The notes under the pieces are model-generated. The model did not search any database and was not told where the DNA came from. It saw only the letters and a list, made by a program, of their open reading frames with translations. From Burkholderiales bacterium (GTDB lineage Bacteria; Pseudomonadota; Gammaproteobacteria; Burkholderiales; Burkholderiaceae_C): a stretch of 40,415 bases of DNA. Made by a program: the position numbers and the translations under genes. Within the stretch, counting starts at the first letter, position 1; the number at the start of each line of letters is the position of its first letter. The stretch is from positions 1 through 40,415 of the forward strand of contig JBIODO010000001.1 of assembly GCA_044445225.1 (NCBI GenBank), in the 5' to 3' direction. Positions 27,229-35,648 of this stretch are shown one piece after another.

Positions 27229-28263
27229 ATGGCCGGCATGCCACACGTCGCTGATCATCTTGCCGAGCTGACGGGCTTTCGCGATCGGGACGTGCTCGAC
27301 ACCACGTTGGTCGGTGTGCTGCGCGACCTGCTGCGGCCGCTGGCGGTGACTGTGTGCCACCACGTCGGCGATGGTCCGCAACAGCACTGGTTGGTGCGTG
27401 CGCGCCTGGCCGAAGGCGACGTGGCAGCCAGCGCCGATTCGCTGTGGACCGAGTTCGACGAGCTGCCCAAGCTGGAAGCCTTCCCGGCGCGCCTGGAGTG
27501 CCTGCGCAAGCAAGAGCCGGTGGAGGTGCCAGGCATCACCCACATGACCTGCTTCCCGCTGCTGACCGATCTCGACGCGGTCGGCGTGCTGGAGATCGAA
27601 AGCCGCGCCGACCTCGACGCCGAACAACTGCGCACGGTCAGCAGCATGTTGCGGGTGTACCGCAACGTGCAGGGCCTGCTCGACTACAGCGAGCGCGACA
27701 TGCTCACCGGCTTGCTCAACCGCAAGACCTTCGACGACGCGTTCTACAAAACCTGCGCGATCACCTCCGGGGGGCAGGCACCGGCGGAGACACGACGCGA
27801 AACGCGGCGCGGCTCCAAGGCCTACCTCGGCATCATCGACATCGATCACTTCAAGCGGGTCAACGACAGCCATGGCCACCTGATCGGCGACGAGGTGTTG
27901 CTGTTGCTGTCGCGCCTGATGCGTGCCAGCTTTCGTTTCCACGACCGGCTGTACCGCTTCGGCGGCGAAGAATTCGTCGTGCTGTTGCGCTGTGGCAGCG
28001 ACGGCCACGCCACCCGCGCGTTCGAGCGCCTGCGCGCGGCCACCGAGGCTTATGCGTTTCCGCAGGTGGGCCGCATCACGGTGTCGATCGGCTTCACCGA
28101 CGTGCGCGTGGGCGACAACCCCAGCGTGGCGTTCGAGCGCGCCGACAAGGCGGTGTATTGGGCCAAGGCCAACGGCCGCAACCAGGTGGCCGAGCACGCC
28201 GCGCTGGTGGCGCGCGGCGAGTTGCTCGAAGGCCAGAAGACGGGCGACGTCGAGCTGTTCTGA
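27229..28263 (+). CDS. GAF-like sensor domain diguanylate cyclase (GGDEF)
   Basis: A GAF-like N-terminus of about 160 aa (…FPLLTDLDAVGVLEIESR…). GGDEF domain with DIDHFKRVNDSHGHLIGDEVL, active site GGEEF (27961-27975) and I-site RFHD (27934-27945). Start at the ATG at 27229 or 27238; the rest of the 507-aa track ORF overlaps chpA out of frame. Confidence 0.9.
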   Translation: MAGMPHVADHLAELTGFRDRDVLDTTLVGVLRDLLRPLAVTVCHHVGDGPQQHWLVRARLAEGDVAASADSLWTEFDELPKLEAFPARLECLRKQEPVEVPGITHMTCFPLLTDLDAVGVLEIESRADLDAEQLRTVSSMLRVYRNVQGLLDYSERDMLTGLLNRKTFDDAFYKTCAITSGGQAPAETRRETRRGSKAYLGIIDIDHFKRVNDSHGHLIGDEVLLLLSRLMRASFRFHDRLYRFGGEEFVVLLRCGSDGHATRAFERLRAATEAYAFPQVGRITVSIGFTDVRVGDNPSVAFERADKAVYWAKANGRNQVAEHAALVARGELLEGQKTGDVELF

Positions 28264-28315
28264 CCGCTCGGTCACGGGGTGGCTGACGGCCGCAAGACTG
28301 GCTTGTCGCTACCAT

Positions 28316-28346
28316 GCGCCCGGCGCCAGCGGGCGGCGCGTTGTTT
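28316..28346 (+). terminator. candidate intrinsic terminator after the GGDEF gene
   Basis: GC-rich stem CGCCCG (28317-28322) pairing with CGGGCG (28330-28335). Flanking GCGCC/GGCGC pairing is possible. It is followed by TTGTTT (28341-28346). Confidence 0.3.
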
Positions 28347-28403
28347 CCGCGGTGATCCACGGACGCGCCCCGCGCAGGTCGCGCGCTCACTCTTCGAGTT
28401 GTC

Positions 28404-29414
28404 ATGCACATCGTTCGCGCTTCGCGGCCGTGGCGCCGCATGGTCTTCAGCGCCATGGCGGCCCTGTGGCTGGCCGCGCTCACGCCATTGCCGGCGGTCG
28501 CCGACGCGCCGGCACCGGCAGCCGCCGGGGCGTCCGAGCCGCTGGTCAGCGATTTCGATTGGGTCGATGCCACGCGCGACCGCGCGGTGCCGGTGCGGCT
28601 GTATTGGCCCGCGCAGACGGCCGGCGGTGCGGCGGTGCCGCTGGTCGTGTTCTCGCACGGCATCGGCGGCTCACGCCTGGGCTACAGCTACCTGGGCAAG
28701 CACTTTGCCAGTCATGGCATCGCCAGCCTGCACTTGCAGCATGTGGGCAGCGATCGGCAGCTGTGGTTCGGCAATCCGTTCGGGGTCGTCAACCGGTTGT
28801 GGAAAGCGGCCAGCGAGGACGAGGCCATCCAGCGCGTGCGCGATCTGCGCTTTGCCCTCGACGAACTGCTCGATCACAGCGCCTACGGCGAGCGCATCGA
28901 CCGCACGCGCATCGCGGCTGCCGGCCATTCGTACGGCGCCAACACCGTGATGCTGGCCGCCGGCGCGACGCTGCAACGCAATGGCCACAGCGTCGAATTT
29001 CGCGACCCGCGCATCCGCGCCGCGCTGCTGCTGTCGGCGCCGCCGTTCTACGGCGAGCCGGCGCTCGACCGCATCCTGGGCACGCTCACGCTGCCGACGC
29101 TGCACATCACGGCCACCGAAGACGTGATCCGCGTGCCGGGGTACTACTCGGCGCCGGACGACCGCCTGGCCGTGTTTGACGCCGCCGGCAGCCGCATCAA
29201 GACGCTGGCGGTCTTCGAAGGCGGCTCGCACAACATCTTCACCGACCGTGCGGCCACTGGTGGCGTGCTGCTGAATCCACGGGTCAAGGGCGCCACGCAG
29301 GAGCTGGCGCTGGCGTTCCTGCACAGCGTGTTCGATGCGCAGGACGATGGCCTGCAGCAGTGGCCGGGCAAGTACGGCGCGCTCATCGCGCGCTGGGTGC
29401 ACCTCGGCCCTTGA
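28404..29414 (+). CDS. secreted alpha/beta hydrolase, PAF-acetylhydrolase/COG4188-like
   Basis: Signal peptide MHIVRASRPWRRMVFSAMAALWLAALTPLPAVA|DA. VVFSHGIGGSRLGYSYLGKHFASHGIASLHLQH resembles the PAF-AH family. Nucleophile elbow GHSYGA. Confidence 0.8.
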   Translation: MHIVRASRPWRRMVFSAMAALWLAALTPLPAVADAPAPAAAGASEPLVSDFDWVDATRDRAVPVRLYWPAQTAGGAAVPLVVFSHGIGGSRLGYSYLGKHFASHGIASLHLQHVGSDRQLWFGNPFGVVNRLWKAASEDEAIQRVRDLRFALDELLDHSAYGERIDRTRIAAAGHSYGANTVMLAAGATLQRNGHSVEFRDPRIRAALLLSAPPFYGEPALDRILGTLTLPTLHITATEDVIRVPGYYSAPDDRLAVFDAAGSRIKTLAVFEGGSHNIFTDRAATGGVLLNPRVKGATQELALAFLHSVFDAQDDGLQQWPGKYGALIARWVHLGP

Positions 29415-30879
29415 CGGCGGCGTAGCGCGCCAGCGTGGCGGCGCGCGCGGCCCCGTGTTCGACGATCGGCGCGGGGAAGTCGCCGCCGAGTGCCAGGCCG
29501 GCCGCCGCCAGATCCACTGGACGGGCGCGCCACGGCGCGTGAATCAGCGCGTCGGGCAGTCGGGCCAGCACGGGCAGGTAGCGCCGGATGAAGGCGCCGG
29601 TGGGATCGAATTTCTCGCTTTGCGTCACCGGATTGAAGATGCGGAAGTACGGCTGCGCATCGCAGCCGGTCGAGGCCGCCCACTGCCAGCCGCCATTGTT
29701 GGAGGCCAGATCGAAGTCGTTGAGCTTCTCGGCGAAATACGCCTCACCGCGCCGCCAGTCCAGGCCCAGGTGCTTGCACAGAAAGCTCGCGCAGACCATG
29801 CGCAGGCGGTTATGCATGTAGCCGGTCTGATTGAGTTGGTGCATCGCGGCGTCCACCAGCGGATAGCCGGTGCGCCCGCCGCACCAGGCCGCGAAGTGCG
29901 CGTCGGCCACCTTGCCATGCTCCCAGCGCAGCGCGTCGAACTCGCGCCTGAAGGCGTGGCCCACCACATGAGGGTGGTGGTGCAGGATCTGGTGGAAGAA
30001 CTCGCGCCAGATCAGCTCCGACAGCCACGCTTGCGCGCCGGACGATGCGCCCTGCGTGCGCTGCCAGGCCTCGCGCACGACCTCGCGCACCGACAACGTG
30101 CCGAAGCGCAAGTGCACGCCCAAGTAGCTGGGCCCTTTGATCGCCGGAAAGTCGCGCGTGCGCGAGTAGTCGTCGATGCGCTCGATGAACTGCGCCCACA
30201 TGCGTTGCGCACCGCGCTCGCCGCAGTCAAGGCGCAATGCATGCAGGTTGCTGGCTTCGAAGCCGATCGCCTGCAGCGTTGGCACGCCGACGCGAGTGTC
30301 ATGCGGCGTCGGCGCCAGCGCGTGCGCCAGCTCCGCCACCGGCCGCTCAGCCAGCGCGTGAGGGTCGAGCTGCCCGAGCCACGCCGCCTGGTAGGGTGTG
30401 AACACACTGTACGGTGTGCGCGCCGCGCTCAGCACCTCGTCGCGCTCGAACACCACGTGGTCCTTGCTGGTGTGCAGCACCACCCCGTGCGACGCCAGCG
30501 CGCCGCGCGCACGCGCGTCGCGCTGCAGCGCGTAGGGGTCGTCGTCATGGCTCGCATAGACCGCCTGCACGCCAAGCTGCCGCGCCAGTTCGACGATCTG
30601 CTCCACTGGCTCGCCGTGGCGTACCAGCAACCGGGTGCCGGCGCCACCTGCGCGTTGCGCCAGCTCGTCGAGGTCACGGTCCAGCGCTACCAGCGTGTCG
30701 CGGATGAACTCGACGCGCCGATCGACGCGCGGCAAGGCGTCGAGAATGGTGCGGTCGAACACGAACGTGCACCACACGCGCCGCGCCGCGTGCAGGGCGT
30801 GGTGCAGCGCGGTGTTGTCGTGCACGCGCAAATCGCGTCGCAACCACACCAAGGCGGCGGCGAGGGGCTTGTCCGTCAT
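29383..30879 (-). CDS. phrB: deoxyribodipyrimidine photolyase (class I CPD)
   Basis: FAD-binding signature TGYPLVDAAMHQLNQTGYMHNRLRMVCASFL...NNGGWQWAASTGCDAQPYFRIFNP. Start placed at the ATG at 30879 (MTDKPLAAALVWLRRDLRVHDN). Confidence 0.93.
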   Translation of the reverse strand: MTDKPLAAALVWLRRDLRVHDNTALHHALHAARRVWCTFVFDRTILDALPRVDRRVEFIRDTLVALDRDLDELAQRAGGAGTRLLVRHGEPVEQIVELARQLGVQAVYASHDDDPYALQRDARARGALASHGVVLHTSKDHVVFERDEVLSAARTPYSVFTPYQAAWLGQLDPHALAERPVAELAHALAPTPHDTRVGVPTLQAIGFEASNLHALRLDCGERGAQRMWAQFIERIDDYSRTRDFPAIKGPSYLGVHLRFGTLSVREVVREAWQRTQGASSGAQAWLSELIWREFFHQILHHHPHVVGHAFRREFDALRWEHGKVADAHFAAWCGGRTGYPLVDAAMHQLNQTGYMHNRLRMVCASFLCKHLGLDWRRGEAYFAEKLNDFDLASNNGGWQWAASTGCDAQPYFRIFNPVTQSEKFDPTGAFIRRYLPVLARLPDALIHAPWRARPVDLAAAGLALGGDFPAPIVEHGAARAATLARYAAVKGRGAPSAR

Positions 30880-30997
30880 CGTGTGGGATCGCGCCAGCGG
30901 CGTTGCGGCAGTGTGCCGCCAATTGCTTGGCGAAGCCCGCGCGGCACCGCGGGTTACGCCGGCCTTTGTCGGGGCGCCTGAGGCATAGAATCGCCGC

Positions 30998-31576
30998 ATG
31001 CCCGCCACGAGCCGGATAGACCTGACGAATCAGTTTCTGATCGCCATGCCCGGCATGGCCGACGACACGTTCGCGGGCACTGTGGTCTACCTGTGCGAGC
31101 ACACCGAGAAAGGCGCGCTCGGACTGGTCATCAACAAGCCGATCGACATCAAGCTGCGCAACCTGTTCGAGAAAGTCGAGTTGTCGCTCGACCGCAAAGA
31201 CCTCGCCGAGCAACCGGTGTACTTCGGCGGGCCGGTGCAGACCGAGCGTGGTTTCGTGCTGCACGAGCGTCTCGGTGAAGAGAGCCCCTATACGTCGACG
31301 CTGGCGATCCCCGGCGGGCTGGAGATGACCACCAGCAAGGACGTGCTCGAGGCCATGTCCAACGGTGCGGGCCCGCGGCGCGTGCTGGTGACGCTGGGCT
31401 ACAGCGGCTGGGGCGCCGGTCAGCTCGAAGACGAGATCGGCCGCAACGGCTGGCTCACGGTCAACGCGTCGCCCGAGGTGATCTTCGACACGCCGATCGA
31501 ACAGCGCTACGACAAGGCGCTGTCGCTGCTGGGCATCGACCCGCGCATGCTGAGCCAGGAGGCCGGGCACGCATGA
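30998..31576 (+). CDS. yqgE: YqgE/AlgH family putative transcriptional regulator
   Basis: 192 aa. FLIAMPGMADDTFAGTVVYLCEHTEKGALGLVINKP is the family hallmark. Confidence 0.9.
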   Translation: MPATSRIDLTNQFLIAMPGMADDTFAGTVVYLCEHTEKGALGLVINKPIDIKLRNLFEKVELSLDRKDLAEQPVYFGGPVQTERGFVLHERLGEESPYTSTLAIPGGLEMTTSKDVLEAMSNGAGPRRVLVTLGYSGWGAGQLEDEIGRNGWLTVNASPEVIFDTPIEQRYDKALSLLGIDPRMLSQEAGHA

Positions 31577-31986
31577 GCGCAGCCGCGCCGCTGCGACGCC
31601 GATCTCCCCTCTCATTCCTGGCATTTGATTTCGGCATCCGTCGGGTCGGCGTGGCGGTGGGCAACTCGATGCTCAAGCAGGCACAGCCGCTGACCACGGT
31701 GGCGGCGATGGGCGATGCGCGCGTGCGCGCGATCGCGCGCCTGGTGTCCGAGTGGAGCCCCGATGCGCTGGTGGTGGGCGTACCCAGCCATCCCGACGGC
31801 GCGCCGCACGACAACACACGCCGGGCCAAAGCGTTCGCACGCCAGCTGCACGGGCGTTTTGGGCTGCCGGTGCACGAAGTCGACGAGCGCTACACCACGG
31901 TCGAAGCGATCGCGCAAGGCGCGAGTGATGTCGATGCAGCGGCCGCGGCGTTGATCCTCGAGCAGTTCCTGCATAGCCAGCGATGA
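31573..31986 (+). CDS. ruvX: Holliday-junction resolvase-like / pre-16S rRNA nuclease YqgF
   Basis: 137 aa. LAFDFGIRRVGVAVG N-terminus. ATGA overlap with yqgE. Confidence 0.9.
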   Translation: MSAAAPLRRRSPLSFLAFDFGIRRVGVAVGNSMLKQAQPLTTVAAMGDARVRAIARLVSEWSPDALVVGVPSHPDGAPHDNTRRAKAFARQLHGRFGLPVHEVDERYTTVEAIAQGASDVDAAAAALILEQFLHSQR

Positions 31987-32486
31987 GCATGCTGCGTCTC
32001 GATGCTGAAGCGCTGTACACCGAGTTGCTGTCCGGCGTGCGGGGTCTGCTGCAGCCCGACACGGCGCTGGTGGGCATCTGGTCGGGCGGCGCCTGGCTGG
32101 CCGAGCGGCTGCACACGGATCTGCAGCGTCCTGGCCTGCCCGGCTTGATTTCGAGTGTGCTGCACCGCGACGACTACAGCGCGCGCGGCCTGGCCGGCGG
32201 CGGCGGCGCGACGCGGTTGCCGTTTGCAATCGACGGCGCCCGCATCCTGCTGATCGACGACGTGCTGTTCACCGGCCGCACCATCCGCGCGGTGATCAAC
32301 GAGCTCTACGACTTCGGTCGCCCGCATTCGGTGGATCTGGCCGTGCTGGTGGACCGCGGCGGGCGCGAGTTGCCGATCCAGGCCTCGTTCGCGGCGGCCA
32401 AGGTGGTGCTGCCGGCCACGCAGCGCCTGACGCTGGCGCGCAAGGACGGCGGTCGTTTCGCTTTCGCTCTCGAAGACAAGGCCTGA
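31983..32486 (+). CDS. pyrR: bifunctional pyr regulator / uracil phosphoribosyltransferase
   Basis: 167 aa. PRPP-binding motif [20 protein letters not shown] overlap with ruvX. Confidence 0.9.
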   Translation: MSMLRLDAEALYTELLSGVRGLLQPDTALVGIWSGGAWLAERLHTDLQRPGLPGLISSVLHRDDYSARGLAGGGGATRLPFAIDGARILLIDDVLFTGRTIRAVINELYDFGRPHSVDLAVLVDRGGRELPIQASFAAAKVVLPATQRLTLARKDGGRFAFALEDKA

Positions 32487-32491
32487 CGTCC

Positions 32492-33454
32492 ATGTTGTCG
32501 CGCCGCAATCCGCAGCTCAACGCCAACGGCGAGCTGATCCACCTGCTGTCGATCGAAGGCCTGCCGCGCGAGGTGCTGGTGCACATCCTCGACACCGCGG
32601 GTACGTTCCTGTCGGTGAACGACCGCGAGGTCAAGAAGGTGCCGCTGCTGCGGGGCAAGAGCGTGTTCAACCTGTTCTTCGAGAACAGCACGCGCACGCG
32701 CACCACGTTCGAGATCGCCGCCAAGCGCCTGAGTGCCGACGTGATCAACCTCGACATCGCGCGCTCGTCCACCGCCAAGGGCGAGACGTTGCTCGACACC
32801 ATCGCCAACCTGTCGGCGATGCATGCCGACATGTTCGTCGTGCGCCACGGCGAGTCGGGCGCGCCGCACCTGATCGCGCGCCACTGCGCGCCGCACGTGC
32901 ACGTGGTCAACGCCGGCGACGGCCGCCATGCGCACCCGACGCAAGGGCTGCTCGACATGTACGCGATCCGCCACTACAAGCGCGACTTCTCTCAGCTCAC
33001 GGTGGCGATCGTCGGCGACATCGTTCATTCGCGCGTGGCGCGCTCCGACATCCACGCGCTCACCACGCTGGGCGTGCCCGAGGTGCGCGTGGTCGGGCCG
33101 CGCACGCTGGTGCCGGGCGACCTGCGCGCGATGGGCGTGCGCGTGTGCCACGACATGGCCGAGGGCATGCGCGGCGCCGACGTCATCATCATGCTCAGGC
33201 TGCAAAACGAACGCATGACCGGTGCGATGCTGCCGAGCGCCGCCGAATTTGCGAAGACCTTCGGCCTGACGCCCGACAAGCTGGCGCTGGCCAAGCCCGA
33301 TGCGATCGTGATGCACCCGGGTCCGATCAATCGCGGCGTCGAGATCGACTCCAGCGTCGCCGACGGCCAGGCCAGCGTGATCCTGCCGCAGGTGACCTTC
33401 GGCATCGCGGTGCGCATGGCGGTGATGTCGATCATTGCCGGCAATGAGGCTTGA
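32492..33454 (+). CDS. pyrB: aspartate carbamoyltransferase catalytic subunit
   Basis: 320 aa with the STRTRTTFE and HPTQGLLD motifs. Confidence 0.96.
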   Translation: MLSRRNPQLNANGELIHLLSIEGLPREVLVHILDTAGTFLSVNDREVKKVPLLRGKSVFNLFFENSTRTRTTFEIAAKRLSADVINLDIARSSTAKGETLLDTIANLSAMHADMFVVRHGESGAPHLIARHCAPHVHVVNAGDGRHAHPTQGLLDMYAIRHYKRDFSQLTVAIVGDIVHSRVARSDIHALTTLGVPEVRVVGPRTLVPGDLRAMGVRVCHDMAEGMRGADVIIMLRLQNERMTGAMLPSAAEFAKTFGLTPDKLALAKPDAIVMHPGPINRGVEIDSSVADGQASVILPQVTFGIAVRMAVMSIIAGNEA

Positions 33455-33455
33455 C

Positions 33456-34769
33456 GTGAAGCTGCTCATTCACAACGGCCGCGTCATCGACCCCGCGTCG
33501 GGCCGCGACGAGCGGGCCGACGTGGCCATCGCTGCCGGGCGCATCGTCGCGATCGGACGCGCGCCGTCGGACTTCAAGCCCGAGCGCCGCATCGACGCGT
33601 CGGGCTGCATCGTGATGCCGGGCCTGGTCGACCTCGCGGTGCGCTTGCGCGAGCCGGGCCACGAGCACGAGGGCATGCTGCAAAGCGAGCTCAAGGCCGC
33701 CGCTGCCGGCGGCGTCACCAGCCTGGTGTGCCTGCCCGACACCGACCCGCCGCTCGACGAGCCCGGCCTGGTGGAGATGCTGAAGTTCCGCGCGCGCCAG
33801 CTGTCGTCGTGCCGGCTGTTTCCGCTGGGTGCGCTGACGCGCGGCCTGCAAGGCGAGGCGCTGACCGAGATGGCTCACCTGAGCGAGGCCGGCTGCGTGG
33901 GCTTTTCGCAGGCCGATCACCCGGTGCGCGACAACAACCTGCTGATGCGCTCGTTGCAATACGCCGCCACCTTCGGCCACACCGTGTGGCTGCGGCCGCA
34001 GGACGCCTGGCTGTCCACCGGCGTGGCGGCCAGTGGGGCCGTGGCCACGCGGATGGGCTTGTCCAGCGTGCCGGTGGCCGCCGAGACGGTGGCGCTGCAC
34101 ACCATCATCGAGCTGGTGCGTGCCACCGGCGCGCGCGTGCATCTGTGCCGCCTGAGCAGTGCCGCCGGCGTCGAGCTGGTGCGGCGCGCCAAGGCCGAAG
34201 GGCTGCCGGTCACCGCCGACGTCAACGGCCAGTCGCTGCACCTGACCGATGTCGACATCGGCTACTTCAATGCCGACATGCGCCTGAGCCCGCCGCTGCG
34301 CCAGCAGGCCGATCGCGAGGCGCTGCGCCGAGCGCTGGCAGACGGCACGATCGACGCGCTGGTGTCCGATCACAACCCGGTGGCCGACGACGCCAAGAAC
34401 CTGCCGTTCGCCGAGGCCGAGCCGGGCGCCAGCGCGGTCGAGTTGTTGTTAAGCCTGGCATTGAAGTGGGGCCAGGACGACGGTGTCGACCTGAAGACTG
34501 TGCTGGCGCGAGTCACCAGCGATCCGGCTCGCGTGCTCGGTTCGAGCCTGGGCGCGCTGGCCGCCAGTGTCGGGCGCCTGATCGAAGGCGGTGTGGCCGA
34601 TGTCTGCGTGCTTGATCCCGATCACACGGGGCACGTGTCGCGCCAGTCGCTGCTGAGCCAGGGCAAGCACACCCCGTTCGATTTCGCGGTCAGTGGCACC
34701 GCGCTGCCGGGCCGGGTGCGCGCCACGGTGCTGGCCGGCGGCGTGTCGTACGAAGCGGTGCCGTCGTGA
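33456..34769 (+). CDS. pyrC': dihydroorotase-like protein, predicted non-catalytic (PyrC')
   Basis: Amidohydrolase fold. The DxHxH metal motif is replaced by DLAVRLREPG (33630-33650). GTG at 33456 follows a GAGG; alternative ATG starts are at 33435 and 33444. Confidence 0.85.
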   Translation: MKLLIHNGRVIDPASGRDERADVAIAAGRIVAIGRAPSDFKPERRIDASGCIVMPGLVDLAVRLREPGHEHEGMLQSELKAAAAGGVTSLVCLPDTDPPLDEPGLVEMLKFRARQLSSCRLFPLGALTRGLQGEALTEMAHLSEAGCVGFSQADHPVRDNNLLMRSLQYAATFGHTVWLRPQDAWLSTGVAASGAVATRMGLSSVPVAAETVALHTIIELVRATGARVHLCRLSSAAGVELVRRAKAEGLPVTADVNGQSLHLTDVDIGYFNADMRLSPPLRQQADREALRRALADGTIDALVSDHNPVADDAKNLPFAEAEPGASAVELLLSLALKWGQDDGVDLKTVLARVTSDPARVLGSSLGALAASVGRLIEGGVADVCVLDPDHTGHVSRQSLLSQGKHTPFDFAVSGTALPGRVRATVLAGGVSYEAVPS

Positions 34770-34803
34770 CGCCGCGGCCCTTTCACTTGGCCTGAAGCAG
34801 CCC

Positions 34804-35580
34804 GTGCGCGCTCTGGTGGGTCTGTTGCGCCTGGTCCGCGTGGCGCTGCACGTGTTGCACGGCATGGCCGTCGTCGCGCTGCGTTTCCCCACGCTCGACG
34901 CGGCGGGGCGCCAGCAGCGCATCGGCTGGTGGTCGCGCGGCTTGCTGCGCGCCATCGGCGTGCGTCTGGTTGCCGAGGGCGAGTTTCGCGCCGGCGCCAA
35001 CCTGCTGGTGGCCAATCATGTCTCGTGGCTCGACATCGCGGCGCTGCATGCGGTGTGCCCGCGCGCGCGCTTCGTGTCCAAGTCCGACGTGCGTCACTGG
35101 CCGCTGCTAGGCTGGTTGATCGCGTCGGTGGGGACGCTGTTCATCGAGCGCGAGCGCAAGCGTGATGCGCTGCGCGTGGTGCATCAGGTGGCCGCGGCGC
35201 TGCAGGCCGGCGAGTCGGTGGCGGTGTTCCCGGAGGGCACCACCGGCGACGGCCGCGCGCTGCTGCCGTTTCACGCCAACCTGTTGCAGGCGGCGATCGT
35301 GTCGGCGGTGCCGGTGCAGCCGGTGGCGCTGCGCTACACCGAGCCGGGGCTCGATTGGAGCCCCGCCGTCAGCTGGCTGGGTGCGACCACGCTGGTGCAC
35401 AGCGTCTGGGCCATCGCCTGCGCGCGCGGCGTGCAGGTGCAGGTGATCGCGTTGCCGGCGCGCGGCAGCGCGCACGCCGACCGTCGCGCGCTGGCGCAGC
35501 GGCTGCACGACGACCTCGCGCAGGCGTTGCAGTGGCCCGCGGCGGCGCCTGCGTCATCGCAGGCCGCGCACGCCATTTGA
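34804..35580 (+). CDS. plsC: 1-acyl-sn-glycerol-3-phosphate acyltransferase family protein
   Basis: Acyltransferase motifs NHVSWLDI (HX4D) and FPEGTT. The start is uncertain. GTG at 34804 was chosen to avoid overlapping pyrC' (the track ORF begins at 34693). Confidence 0.78.
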   Translation: MRALVGLLRLVRVALHVLHGMAVVALRFPTLDAAGRQQRIGWWSRGLLRAIGVRLVAEGEFRAGANLLVANHVSWLDIAALHAVCPRARFVSKSDVRHWPLLGWLIASVGTLFIERERKRDALRVVHQVAAALQAGESVAVFPEGTTGDGRALLPFHANLLQAAIVSAVPVQPVALRYTEPGLDWSPAVSWLGATTLVHSVWAIACARGVQVQVIALPARGSAHADRRALAQRLHDDLAQALQWPAAAPASSQAAHAI

Positions 35581-35604
35581 CTCGCGTATTGGCGTGGCGA
35601 CTGT

Positions 35605-35626
35605 GCCAGCGCTTGCGGGCGCTGGC
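35605..35626. terminator. GC-rich hairpin between the convergent plsC-like gene and gpmA (candidate bidirectional terminator; no U-tract)
   Basis: GCCAGCGC-ttgcgg-GCGCTGGC, an 8-bp stem, 25 nt after the plsC-like stop codon. Confidence 0.3.
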
Positions 35627-35648
35627 CCCGTGCTGGGTTGAGTCCTGC

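Noticed and set aside
30986-30991. A TAGAAT hexamer 6 nt upstream of the yqgE ATG, suggesting a leaderless transcript.
   Set aside because: No acceptable -35 element lies at 16-18 bp spacing, and a single hexamer match is weak evidence. I record it here only as a possibility to check with transcription-start mapping.
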